Origin: a virus
Virus record (IMG/VR): IMGVR_UViG_3300021085_000009
Span: 64,001 to 128,000 of that record
Length of the DNA stretch: 64,000 bases
Strand: one strand, 5' to 3'
In this document: positions 42,027-50,870 of the stretch, in pieces
Position numbering within the stretch: position 1 is the first letter of the stretch
Layout: each line of letters begins with the position of its first letter
Made by a program: the position numbers and the translations under genes
Notes under the pieces: generated by a model
The model's input: only the letters and a program-made list of their open reading frames with translations
What the model was told of the DNA's origin: nothing
Databases searched by the model: none

Positions 42027-42932
42027 TTATGAGTTTGCCAATTTAGCAAAATAGCTGAGTGTATCTTCATCATCAGAAGACGCTTCTGCTGTAGGTGCTT
42101 CAGTGGCTGGAGCCTCAGGTACAAACTCATTTGTTGTAACTGATGGTGCTGTTTCCATATAGGATTCAGCAGTTGCTCCGGCAGTAACTCCAAGAACTTT
42201 ATTCAACTTGGCTTTTAGCTCATCGTATGTTTTATAGTTCTTGACGTCAAGGAAATCACCTAGTGAATGTAACTGTCCGTATACATCCTCTAGCATTCCT
42301 TCATCTCCACCGTGTAGTGCAGCTGGTGATGCAAACTCTGACTTATCATAGTTTACCCAACCTTCTACTTTACGAATCTTAATTTTAAAATCCGCACCTT
42401 CCCAGAAATCGTATGGATTTACTGGTTGCTCATCTTCAAATTGTGGTTGCATAACATCCATAATCTTATCAAAGATTTTCTTACCAAATTTATAAAGGAA
42501 TACTTTACCTTCATTCTCTGGGTTAGATGGATCAGACACGACCATAATGTTTGACACATAATGTAAACGTCTTTTTCTATCACGAGCGGTAGCTTTATCT
42601 TCATCTCGACCAGTATTCCACAGCTCTGAATTCATTTCAGATACTGGATCTTGCTGACCAACAGAAGTTAAAGAATTTTCGATATACCAGAGACCAGTAG
42701 GGCCTTTAAAGCCATGATCCCAATATCGTACCCAAGGTAAGTCCTCTCCCTCTTTCTGAGGTAGGAACCTGATAACGGCATAACCATTACCTGCTTTATC
42801 CCTTTGGGGTGCCCAAAATCTATCGTCGCCGTAACCCTTTGATTCTGACTTTGGTGATGACACAGCTTCAGCTGCTTTAACGAGTTTGTCGATTGACGAG
42901 CCTCGTGAGCTCTTTAAGTTTGCAAATGACAT
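42027..42932 (-). CDS. gp32: Single-stranded DNA-binding protein gp32
   Basis: DDRFW..DKAGNGYAVIRFLP..HGFKGPTGLWYIENSLT; acidic tail LSYFAKLA. Confidence 0.96.
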   Translation of the reverse strand: MSFANLKSSRGSSIDKLVKAAEAVSSPKSESKGYGDDRFWAPQRDKAGNGYAVIRFLPQKEGEDLPWVRYWDHGFKGPTGLWYIENSLTSVGQQDPVSEMNSELWNTGRDEDKATARDRKRRLHYVSNIMVVSDPSNPENEGKVFLYKFGKKIFDKIMDVMQPQFEDEQPVNPYDFWEGADFKIKIRKVEGWVNYDKSEFASPAALHGGDEGMLEDVYGQLHSLGDFLDVKNYKTYDELKAKLNKVLGVTAGATAESYMETAPSVTTNEFVPEAPATEAPTAEASSDDEDTLSYFAKLANS

Positions 42933-43008
42933 AATATTTCTCCGTATTGCGTTGTATTAAGGTCTAAGACCTTTTCTGTTTTATCCACGTTATTCATAAT
43001 ATAGATCT

Positions 43009-43037
43009 ATTATACCATATTTCTATGGTTTTGTAAA
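43009..43037 (-). promoter_or_regulatory. Sigma70-type promoter for gp32
   Basis: TTTACA-17-(TGG)TATAAT. Confidence 0.7.
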
Positions 43038-43631
43038 GGACTTTCTGATTAAATTTGTACATTTACCAGAGTCGTACTTTACGAAGGGTTGATACTTGGT
43101 AACCTTTCGGAATATACCAGGCCATGAAATGGTTTCTGTTATACTCTTATTGGCACCTTGCATAAACCCAGTTAAGGAATTAAGAATAACTACCGTTTGT
43201 AACGATATCTCTTCTTGCATCCAAAGCGTTATAATCAGAGGAGGTTGATTATGCTCTTTAACGATTAATAAATCATCAAAGGTTAAACCATTGCTCTCTG
43301 AATATTCTGCAAGTGTATTTATATCAATTGAAAACACACGATGCAGTGATTCTTTTATTCTTTTATGCTCAAGGTAGTTCCTTTCACCGTCAGTATTAAT
43401 CATATCACCAACGTATGATACATCATTAACAAAGTTTGCAATGAGGTATTCAGTGATATCTTTACCGTAGTGTTTACCTAATTTTGCAAAGAAGAATTTG
43501 TCTCTTCGTTTAAAAAATGATTGAGGTTTAACTGAGGTTTTAAAATTATACTTTATAGCATCATAGCCATCTGTCTCAAAGTGTAATTTTAAAGACTGAT
43601 ATAGTTTATAAACGTCGTATGGATCATTCAT
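43023..43631 (-). CDS. gp59: Helicase loader gp59
   Basis: YKLYQSLKLHF..YDAIKYN..FFKRRDKFFF; likely start MNDPY. Confidence 0.88.
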   Translation of the reverse strand: MNDPYDVYKLYQSLKLHFETDGYDAIKYNFKTSVKPQSFFKRRDKFFFAKLGKHYGKDITEYLIANFVNDVSYVGDMINTDGERNYLEHKRIKESLHRVFSIDINTLAEYSESNGLTFDDLLIVKEHNQPPLIITLWMQEEISLQTVVILNSLTGFMQGANKSITETISWPGIFRKVTKYQPFVKYDSGKCTNLIRKSFTKP

Positions 43632-43632
43632 T

Positions 43633-43872
43633 CTAGATAGGTAGTTTATTTCCCTTCTCCGCTTCAATGAGGTTTAAACCTGATGCCTCGGCCTCTAATT
43701 TGGCCTTAAGTGCATCACTTAGTAATCTCTTAATATTACTATAGTCCATTCCTCTTTCCTCTATTACATAAGTCATAGCGTCTATATAACTCATATTGTT
43801 TTTTGCGACTAACGATTCAACTGCTGTAGTGAATCGCTTTTTAGTCATTATTTTTTGTTCAAGATCTATCAT
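43633..43872 (-). CDS. gp33: Late transcription coactivator gp33
   Basis: F...VE..V....SYIDA....LKAKLEAEA..LN. Confidence 0.85.
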   Translation of the reverse strand: MIDLEQKIMTKKRFTTAVESLVAKNNMSYIDAMTYVIEERGMDYSNIKRLLSDALKAKLEAEASGLNLIEAEKGNKLPI

Positions 43873-45035
43873 TATACATTGATGTCTCCCACCTTTAACA
43901 GTATGCAGTCTGCATTAATTCTACCGTTAGGTTCTTTAATCACTGTAGTAAAAGTATCCCACACTTTCCTTGACTGAATGATTGTTTTGTTTATAATAAG
44001 AGGTAATACCTCATCTGGTTTTCTAAGTTTTGTCTGTTTACTTAGTGCGGGATTAAAATTCTTAATCGATGTACCTTTAACCTCAAATCCTTTAGGAGAG
44101 TCGGTTATATACATTGCTAAAGCTCGTGTCTTAGTGTTAAATACATACAGTATATTCTTACCTGGTATCATTACTGGATTAAGTGATGTGCACTTGTAAT
44201 CGATATCAGATGGTTTATACTTAAGTTTAGCCACCTGTTGATCAGACGCCTTTGGCTTTTTGGCCCTTGGTATCTTAATAGTTTTATTGTTAGCTTTAAG
44301 TCTATCAATATCTTCAATAGTCTTTTCAAGCAAGGTAATCATTTTCTTTTTATTACCTTTACTGATATGTGAATAAGCCTCTTCAGCCTGTTCGCATGTT
44401 TTATTATATGCATCACTAATACAGTCAAGTTCAAACTGCATTTTTTCTCTAAACATCTTTATTCCTGCACCTTTAATTTTATGTGTGGATAATAAACTAT
44501 ATGCAGGGAATTTAATATTATCAAACTCTCCTTCCATCCATTTATCAACGACCATCTCATCAAAATCACCCATAATAGTTTGAGCGATTTTAGATTTCAT
44601 TCTTTCTGCAGGTGATATAACAACTTTAGCAGGTTCAGCTTTTTGTATAGCAACTAGTTCTTTACCTTCTTTAAGAAGTTCATCTAGCTTTAATTTAATC
44701 CTATCATAAATGTTTGAGTCAGGATTGACTTTATCTAGTGGTATACCTGCGTTATGACACCTAACGTTATTGCCAATACCTTGATTAAGCTTCCAGTTTT
44801 CAACCTTTTTAAGAGCTTGAATGTCGCTCTTTGAATAACCTAATTCCTTTTCTGCGTATATTAATACTGCAGGTGCATTAGTTTTTGCATTATTGAAATA
44901 GTTAAAATAATTGGATGCTTTATGATAAGCACTCTTTAACTCTTCTGTTGATTTAAATTCTTGACCGTGATAACTAGGTGCTGTACCTAAGTACTTATCC
45001 TCTAGTGAAGGTCCTCTACGTTTTGTTTTAGCCAT
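43872..45035 (-). CDS. Conserved hypothetical T4-like protein
   Basis: 387-aa ORF; FNTKTR, KGTSI, LRKP, NGRIN motifs; own promoter and RBS. Confidence 0.7.
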   Translation of the reverse strand: MAKTKRRGPSLEDKYLGTAPSYHGQEFKSTEELKSAYHKASNYFNYFNNAKTNAPAVLIYAEKELGYSKSDIQALKKVENWKLNQGIGNNVRCHNAGIPLDKVNPDSNIYDRIKLKLDELLKEGKELVAIQKAEPAKVVISPAERMKSKIAQTIMGDFDEMVVDKWMEGEFDNIKFPAYSLLSTHKIKGAGIKMFREKMQFELDCISDAYNKTCEQAEEAYSHISKGNKKKMITLLEKTIEDIDRLKANNKTIKIPRAKKPKASDQQVAKLKYKPSDIDYKCTSLNPVMIPGKNILYVFNTKTRALAMYITDSPKGFEVKGTSIKNFNPALSKQTKLRKPDEVLPLIINKTIIQSRKVWDTFTTVIKEPNGRINADCILLKVGDINV

Positions 45036-45056
45036 ATTATACTCCTTATATAAACT

Positions 45057-45085
45057 ATTATACCATACTTTTAATATAATGTACA
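45057..45085 (-). promoter_or_regulatory. Early promoter
   Basis: TGTACA-17-(TGG)TATAAT. Confidence 0.75.
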
Positions 45086-45088
45086 GTG

Positions 45089-45143
45089 TTAGATTGATCT
45101 ACCTCTGATAAGGATAAGAAATTGGCGAGGTAGATCAATCTAA
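45089..45143. repeat. Perfect 17-bp inverted repeat with a 21-nt loop
   Basis: TTAGATTGATCTACCTC (45089-45105) / GAGGTAGATCAATCTAA (45127-45143). Confidence 0.9.
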
Positions 45144-45374
45144 ATTCTCTGGTCGCTCATAGTTCTTAATACCAAGAACATAGTTTTCAGCTGCATTTGC
45201 AGCATACTCTTCAGTATGTTCAGGGTACCATTCAATACCTAGAGCGTTATCGTTAATTAGCATTCTAATTCCGAATGCGCGGTTTCCACCAACAGTTCTA
45301 AGAACTTCTGCTTTACGATTTGCAAATTTCTTTTCACCGAGGTAATAGCTTAATAGCATATACTCATGTTTCAC
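45135..45374 (-). CDS. Hypothetical protein
   Basis: HTEEYAANAAENYVLG motif; coupled to upstream ORF. Confidence 0.65.
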   Translation of the reverse strand: MKHEYMLLSYYLGEKKFANRKAEVLRTVGGNRAFGIRMLINDNALGIEWYPEHTEEYAANAAENYVLGIKNYERPENLD

Positions 45375-45577
45375 TTGGTTGTCTCCATCATTTCTTTTAG
45401 TTTGATGTATGTTAGTACTCTAATTTCATCCCTTGTTAAATCTGGATATTTTTCTCTTAGTTCTTTACGAACTTTATGCTTTACGTCCGAGTCTTGAATT
45501 AATAAGACAGCACCTGCGCATAAGTATATGAAAAATACTACTCCTACTAATGTTAATACAGTTGATATTACTTCCAT
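45371..45577 (-). CDS. Hypothetical membrane protein
   Basis: N-terminal TM helix. Confidence 0.6.
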   Translation of the reverse strand: MEVISTVLTLVGVVFFIYLCAGAVLLIQDSDVKHKVRKELREKYPDLTRDEIRVLTYIKLKEMMETTK

Positions 45578-45578
45578 T

Positions 45579-45887
45579 TTATTTCCCTATGTGTTTAACG
45601 TCACCCTTTGGTATGACTTGATATGCACCTTTATTATATGCCGGTGCGATTGTGAATTTTTTACTTTCTTCGAGCTTCCAGCTTTGGTCTTCTGCCTTAT
45701 AGTTTACTGGAGTTAATGGTGCAGAAGGGTAATGTTTTGTTTCCCTTACTGCTGAATTTTGTTTTGGTGTTGACCAATCAAAGTCGGCCATTGTTTTTGT
45801 TTTAGGCTTAGACATGGATTTGGTCTTACGCTTTTTGCCATTAGGTCCATATCTAAGTGAACCTGCATAAAAATTAGTTACTGCCAT
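45579..45887 (-). CDS. Conserved hypothetical phage protein
   Basis: TIAPAYNKGAYQVI motif. Confidence 0.7.
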   Translation of the reverse strand: MAVTNFYAGSLRYGPNGKKRKTKSMSKPKTKTMADFDWSTPKQNSAVRETKHYPSAPLTPVNYKAEDQSWKLEESKKFTIAPAYNKGAYQVIPKGDVKHIGK

Positions 45888-46105
45888 TACACATCTCCTG
45901 GTGCTTCATTAAGCAACTGTGCCATTGGTTTTTCTTCTGACACTACTACAAAAGTACCATCTCGGAATTCACGTGTAACCAATCCTGAGTTATATGCCTT
46001 TTCGACATATCCATCTTGCCCGAGAATGTACTCAATTTGACCTGCCCATGACTCTACAGCCATTTTACGTCTTTGGTACTCTACTGCATCAGTGTACTGT
46101 GTCAT
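45887..46105 (-). CDS. Hypothetical protein
   Basis: AGGAG RBS, coupled ORF. Confidence 0.6.
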   Translation of the reverse strand: MTQYTDAVEYQRRKMAVESWAGQIEYILGQDGYVEKAYNSGLVTREFRDGTFVVVSEEKPMAQLLNEAPGDV

Positions 46106-46247
46106 ATGAACTCCTTCCTAATTCTGCCATTCTTATTAGCTCTCTTAACTTCTGATCCCAGAGTCGTTTAAACTCTGGATTTTGTGCTCTATCCCGAGCT
46201 TCTCTGAGAGCTATAACTCTCGCTATTGTTCTATTAATCCCAGTCAT
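46089..46247 (-). CDS. Hypothetical 52-aa protein (not in ORF track)
   Basis: MTGINRTIARVIALREARDRAQNPEFKRLWDQKLREL..., fills the gap in the operon. Confidence 0.6.
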   Translation of the reverse strand: MTGINRTIARVIALREARDRAQNPEFKRLWDQKLRELIRMAELGRSSYDTVH

Positions 46248-46542
46248 TTTTCATCTCATTATATACGTCCATATAAGAAGATCCTGCGATATAGCTTTGA
46301 GTGTTTTCTTCGCTGTAATACATATTTTCTGGTGTATTACACTCGAAGGATGATGGTGCTTTATCACCAGCTTTTAATACTTGCCTAGTGAGCTTTTTGT
46401 GCAACTTCATAGCTGCTTTTGTTTCGGCTTTAATTTGAGCTTTACGAAGATCCATGGTGTGTATTACACGTTTGATCTCTCGTTTTTCCCGAGCCTTTTC
46501 TGCTGCAGCTTTGATGAGTGCGAGTCTGTTAGTGTCTTTCAT
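46234..46542 (-). CDS. Hypothetical protein
   Basis: ORF with RBS in the early operon. Confidence 0.6.
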   Translation of the reverse strand: MKDTNRLALIKAAAEKAREKREIKRVIHTMDLRKAQIKAETKAAMKLHKKLTRQVLKAGDKAPSSFECNTPENMYYSEENTQSYIAGSSYMDVYNEMKNDWD

Positions 46543-46552
46543 TATATATTCC

Positions 46553-46825
46553 TTATACTGCTTTTAACATTGATAGAGGACAGTTCCAAAGACGACCGTT
46601 GATTTCAACGACTGCTTTAGTACGTTTGATTTTAGTAACAATACCTTTTTCAGCACCTGATCTTGAGTCAACGATTACTGGAGCTCCTACGCTGATACTG
46701 TTTTTAACATTAAGTGCCTTTACTGCACGTAATTGTTTTTGTTTAATTTTGATTAATTCAATAACCTCGTTCATTTCTGAAGTTGAAGTGATTGAATCGA
46801 TTGCGTTAATAATAGTTTTTTTCAT
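46553..46825 (-). CDS. Hypothetical protein, SH3/KOW-like C-terminus
   Basis: VGAPVIV..GIVTKIKRTKAVV..WNCP. Confidence 0.6.
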   Translation of the reverse strand: MKKTIINAIDSITSTSEMNEVIELIKIKQKQLRAVKALNVKNSISVGAPVIVDSRSGAEKGIVTKIKRTKAVVEINGRLWNCPLSMLKAV

Positions 46826-46862
46826 AATGTAGTTTCCTTATCAAGTTTTATTTTATATGTAT

Positions 46863-46891
46863 ATTGTACCAGGTCTTCATGTAAATGTACA
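46863..46891 (-). promoter_or_regulatory. Early promoter cassette
   Basis: TGTACA-17-(TGG)TACAAT with upstream GCAGAAAACAC. Confidence 0.75.
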
Positions 46892-46915
46892 GTGTTTTCT
46901 GCATTTATTTTGCAA

Positions 46916-47275
46916 TTAAACAACACTTTTTATTACTTCTACGATTACTTTACCATATTTGGCAAACCAACCTTGTTCTTCTGTTAGTGCAATACCATAA
47001 TCATTTGCAATTAACATTGCGGTTTCTGTGTCTAAAAATGAGTTACCTACCAATACAAACCCTGCACTTGAAACTAATAGAAACATATGATCATTAGCCC
47101 TAAAGCTGTGGATCATTATGAATAGAGTACCTAAAAACAATAGAATATATGCATATAATTCCATGTGGGGATTAGTGTTTATACCTAACGCCATTGTCAT
47201 GCCTAAAAACAACAAAGAACAACCAGAGACTTTAAAGGTCCCTTGTATCATATTGTTTATGTGTTTCTTAGTCAT
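46916..47275 (-). CDS. Hypothetical membrane protein (three TM)
   Basis: Hydrophobic helices. Confidence 0.6.
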   Translation of the reverse strand: MTKKHINNMIQGTFKVSGCSLLFLGMTMALGINTNPHMELYAYILLFLGTLFIMIHSFRANDHMFLLVSSAGFVLVGNSFLDTETAMLIANDYGIALTEEQGWFAKYGKVIVEVIKSVV

Positions 47276-47276
47276 T

Positions 47277-47492
47277 TTAAATTTCTTCTACAGTAATTCT
47301 GTAGCTTTTTCCATTGACGTCAGTGCATTCAATAGTCTTCGTGGTTGTTTGCATCCAACCTTCTTTATGAAGATCCATCTTTACTCTGTCAACACTATCA
47401 ATTAATCCATTAAACTCGCCACAATCTTTGTCGAGTCCAGGTTTGATTATAGTGTGTGCGATGTAGTCGCAGTAAGCCATTGACGAAGCCAT
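47277..47492 (-). CDS. Hypothetical protein
   Basis: Coupled ORF. Confidence 0.6.
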   Translation of the reverse strand: MASSMAYCDYIAHTIIKPGLDKDCGEFNGLIDSVDRVKMDLHKEGWMQTTTKTIECTDVNGKSYRITVEEI

Positions 47493-47701
47493 TATGATTC
47501 GTCCTCAGTTCCAAACATCGATGCCCAGCACGATGGTGTACAACCAGAGATCAAAAACTCCCTTTGATCCACTGTCGCTTCAGGCATTGCGTCCTGAATG
47601 AGAGTACCATCCTGCCATAGAGCAACTTGCTCTAAAGTAGCATTAATACCCATGGTGTTGGTTTGACCAGTGACGGGGCTTAGTTTTTCGCATAAAATCA
47701 T
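47492..47701 (-). CDS. Conserved hypothetical phage protein
   Basis: LIQDAMP...QREFLISG.TP..W motif. Confidence 0.65.
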   Translation of the reverse strand: MILCEKLSPVTGQTNTMGINATLEQVALWQDGTLIQDAMPEATVDQREFLISGCTPSCWASMFGTEDES

Positions 47702-47734
47702 AATATATTCCTTGTTTGATTAATTTATATGTAT

Positions 47735-47764
47735 ATTATACCATAGTTTTTGGTTAAATGTACA
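47735..47764 (-). promoter_or_regulatory. Early promoter cassette
   Basis: TGTACA-18-(TGG)TATAAT. Confidence 0.75.
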
Positions 47765-47793
47765 GTGTTTTCTGCATTTATTTGCAATTAATT

Positions 47794-48207
47794 TTACCAA
47801 CATGTACCAAATAGATACTCTTCTCTGGCATAAGCTTCCTTTTCCCAGGGTTGATTGTGGTACTGATAGTTACGTGGTTTACGACCCTTCCAGGATCCAC
47901 TGTAGCCGTCGAGTTCCCCTCGTAAATATTGTTTGGCATGAACCATCTCATGAGCTAGAGTTTGCATCATCTCGGCCGTTGAGTAAGGTTCTCCTTCACA
48001 GGTTTTGGCTATGTTAATAGTTATATATCCTTCCTTACGATCACCCCAGCAATTACCCTGGTTACCATCGTCGAGCTCTTTACTAAACCTAACGATAATC
48101 GCTTTAGATCTCAATCTGTGTATGTTTAACGACCTAGATAGATTCTCTAAGTAGCCGTATATGTACTTTTTGTTCTTTATTTGACCATTAATCTGTAAAT
48201 AAATCAT
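47794..48207 (-). CDS. HExxH zinc-metallopeptidase-like protein
   Basis: TLAHEMVHAKQY...PWEKEAY. Confidence 0.75.
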   Translation of the reverse strand: MIYLQINGQIKNKKYIYGYLENLSRSLNIHRLRSKAIIVRFSKELDDGNQGNCWGDRKEGYITINIAKTCEGEPYSTAEMMQTLAHEMVHAKQYLRGELDGYSGSWKGRKPRNYQYHNQPWEKEAYAREEYLFGTCW

Positions 48208-48235
48208 AGATTTCCTGATTGGTTAATATAGGTAT

Positions 48236-48264
48236 ATTCTATCATAGCTGGATCCAAATGTACA
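48236..48264 (-). promoter_or_regulatory. Early promoter cassette
   Basis: TGTACA-17-(TGA)TAGAAT. Confidence 0.7.
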
Positions 48265-48309
48265 GTGTTTCTTTATACTTTTTTGTTATATCCTTATAAC
48301 TCTTTATAA

Positions 48310-48849
48310 CTAAAACGCCGTAGCGAATACGTACATTTCCTTCTCTGTATCGTACACTTCCTTACCATTTGGTAACCACACCTCACGGTTCTCACAGTCG
48401 ATTCCGACCTCGTATCGCCTACTAGCCTTACTTTTGGCGAATAACTGAAGGTCCATAATTTGTGCTAAATCATACCACAATTTACGACCACCCTTACTCT
48501 GGCATTCTCCGGCTTGTAGAGTGATTCCTAACTTCTTGATTATATAGCGATATGCCTGAGCCGCTATCCCTCTACCTGCATAAGATTTATCCAATTTGGT
48601 GATATCTACATGCCAGGCCTTAAATTTGGTCCTTGAGAGATTGATATATAGAACCCTTTTTAGCCGTTGTGGTGACCTTCCATGGGTTACAGTTGGATCA
48701 ACTACCTCTATTTCCATAAAACCGTCCATAGAACGGTCTACGTATACGTGGAGACGCCTAAAAGATCCTATTTTTTCCCAATCTTCGTAGGTAGGCCTAC
48801 TGTCGAAATACCCGAGCTTTTCGCTCTTTTTCATGTGGATTCGATCCAT
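48310..48849 (-). CDS. GNAT-family acetyltransferase-like protein
   Basis: YAGRGIAAQAY (motif A-like), QSKGGRKLW. Confidence 0.6.
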   Translation of the reverse strand: MDRIHMKKSEKLGYFDSRPTYEDWEKIGSFRRLHVYVDRSMDGFMEIEVVDPTVTHGRSPQRLKRVLYINLSRTKFKAWHVDITKLDKSYAGRGIAAQAYRYIIKKLGITLQAGECQSKGGRKLWYDLAQIMDLQLFAKSKASRRYEVGIDCENREVWLPNGKEVYDTEKEMYVFATAF

Positions 48850-48878
48850 TCCCTTTCCTTATCATTTAATATAGGTAT

Positions 48879-48907
48879 ATTCTATCATGGCTGGATCGAA
48901 AAGAACA
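48879..48907 (-). promoter_or_regulatory. Early promoter cassette
   Basis: TGTTCT-17-(TGA)TAGAAT; near-duplicate of 48223-48254. Confidence 0.65.
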
Positions 48908-48946
48908 GGGTTTTCTGCCGTTTTTTTATACTTTTTAGTTATAAGG

Positions 48947-50785
48947 TTATAACGAGGGGGAATATATGGTTATAAGGTCCTTTTTACCTTTTACGGTAAT
49001 TTGGCCAATTTTTGTGCATTTTAGGCTAGAGGGTAACCTGGCGTAGGTATCCCCAGAAATGATGGTTTTATTATCGATATATTCCTTTCTGGCCGCTGTG
49101 GCCTCTAATCTCGCGGCCAGGTTTACGGCGTCTCCAATGACCGAATAATCGAATCTAGACTCACTACCCATATTACCTACAATACAGTCACCCGTATTAA
49201 TACCAGTTCCGACGTTAATAGGGGGTAAACCCTGCTCACTATATTTCTTTCTGAGCTCGTCGGTTTTCTTTTCTATATCTATTGCTGCCCTTACTGCCAT
49301 TTCGGCGTGCCTTTCACATTCCAAAGGAGCATTCCAAAAGGCCATAATACAATCACCCATATATTTGTCTATGGTTCCGCCATGGCTCAAAATTATTTTG
49401 GTCATAGCATCAAGGAATTCGTTAATTAATACTACTAATCCTTCTGGATCATTCTTATTTTTATAGTGTTCTGATATAGGAGTAAATCCTACAATATCCA
49501 TAAAGAGGAACGACATCTGTCTTCGCTCTCCACCAAGCTTTAATAGGCCTGGATTTTTCTGTAATAGGTATACTTGTTTAGGATCTAAATATGTCTCAAA
49601 CTGTTTCTTAATTTGTTGCCTTAACATATATTGTTTATAAAAGTTATTAAAACTAGCTGATGAAAAGACTGTTATATATAGTAATAGAAAATAACTAATA
49701 TCAAGGAGAATTCCCCATTCATTCCAGACGTATGCAACAGAAGCTCCGGTCGAGATCGCAAGCCCAGCGAAGAGCATGGCTGATGAACGAATCGAACGAT
49801 AATATACAATATAGACCAAGAGTCCCGAAGCAATTAGCATTGCCAGGATTTCAATTAAATCCGCCCAGAGAGGACGAGATATCGATATTTCATCCATTAT
49901 TGACTGGATGGACGCAGCTTGAATATGATGAGCTGATTGAAGACCAGCAGGAGTTGGAATCTGAGCCGCTAATCCCTTCGCCGTCAGTCCAATTAGAACT
50001 GTTCGGCCCTGAAGATCAGGCAGCTTGGTCCCGACCTCTATTTCCGTAAAGGTATAATTATGGTTAATCCAGAATGACCCATTAGGATCTGTAGTAATTC
50101 TAAATGGCCTAATAATTATTTCTTCTATACCCACTTCGTTAACTTTTACCGTATAAGATAATCGTTCATTAGATACTCTAAGAAGTTCTAGTGCAAACGA
50201 TGGGTATAGTTCCTTATTAATTTGACTTAATAGAGGTATTCTACGCACTAATCCATCAACTTCTGGCATGCCATTTATTAATCCAGTACCCCATGCACCT
50301 TGTTCTATTTCAGTTATATTTGTAACCAATCCTTTATATCTTATAGCCCAATCTAATGGATCACCTGTACCAAATGTTGCTGAACCTACATAAGGTGCTT
50401 TAGTGCTTCTTCCTCTTTCATCTGCATCTTGAGATAATATAATACCATTATCGTTTACCCAAGAAGCAAACACCTCGTCTCCACCAAATCTATCAGCCTC
50501 TGGAAACATTAGTGTAAATCCAATTAAGCCAGCATTAGCGTTTCTTAGATCAGATATTAATTGTGCATAGGTTTGACGAGGGAATGGGTATTGTCCTAAT
50601 AGACCTAAGGATTCTTCTCCTATATTCAGTAGAACTATATCTGATTTCTTTTCTGGAATTGTAGAGATATATTGATCAAAAGTGTTTAATCTTAACTGCT
50701 GAACAGGGCTAGGGTCTATTACTCTTATGGTTATAAGAATAAGCGATAATATTATAGTTGTCCATATCGATGTTAAGTATTTCAT
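48947..50785 (-). CDS. CHASE2-domain class III adenylate cyclase
   Basis: N-terminal TM; CHASE2-like YPFPR..EVDGLVRRIPL; three TM; FMDIVGFT, DKYMGDCIMAFW, DYSVIGDAVNLAARLE. Confidence 0.93.
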   Translation of the reverse strand: MKYLTSIWTTIILSLILITIRVIDPSPVQQLRLNTFDQYISTIPEKKSDIVLLNIGEESLGLLGQYPFPRQTYAQLISDLRNANAGLIGFTLMFPEADRFGGDEVFASWVNDNGIILSQDADERGRSTKAPYVGSATFGTGDPLDWAIRYKGLVTNITEIEQGAWGTGLINGMPEVDGLVRRIPLLSQINKELYPSFALELLRVSNERLSYTVKVNEVGIEEIIIRPFRITTDPNGSFWINHNYTFTEIEVGTKLPDLQGRTVLIGLTAKGLAAQIPTPAGLQSAHHIQAASIQSIMDEISISRPLWADLIEILAMLIASGLLVYIVYYRSIRSSAMLFAGLAISTGASVAYVWNEWGILLDISYFLLLYITVFSSASFNNFYKQYMLRQQIKKQFETYLDPKQVYLLQKNPGLLKLGGERRQMSFLFMDIVGFTPISEHYKNKNDPEGLVVLINEFLDAMTKIILSHGGTIDKYMGDCIMAFWNAPLECERHAEMAVRAAIDIEKKTDELRKKYSEQGLPPINVGTGINTGDCIVGNMGSESRFDYSVIGDAVNLAARLEATAARKEYIDNKTIISGDTYARLPSSLKCTKIGQITVKGKKDLITIYSPSL

Positions 50786-50870
50786 ACGTATATATCTATA
50801 AAGTTTCCCTTTAGTGCTTCAAGAAATCTATACCTTCGATAGTAATTAAACTTTTTAATATTACAGTATG

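Noticed and set aside
49732-50049. 105-aa + strand ORF in a GC-richer stretch of the cyclase gene
   Set aside because: Antisense to a conserved CHASE2/TM region; better explained by local composition.
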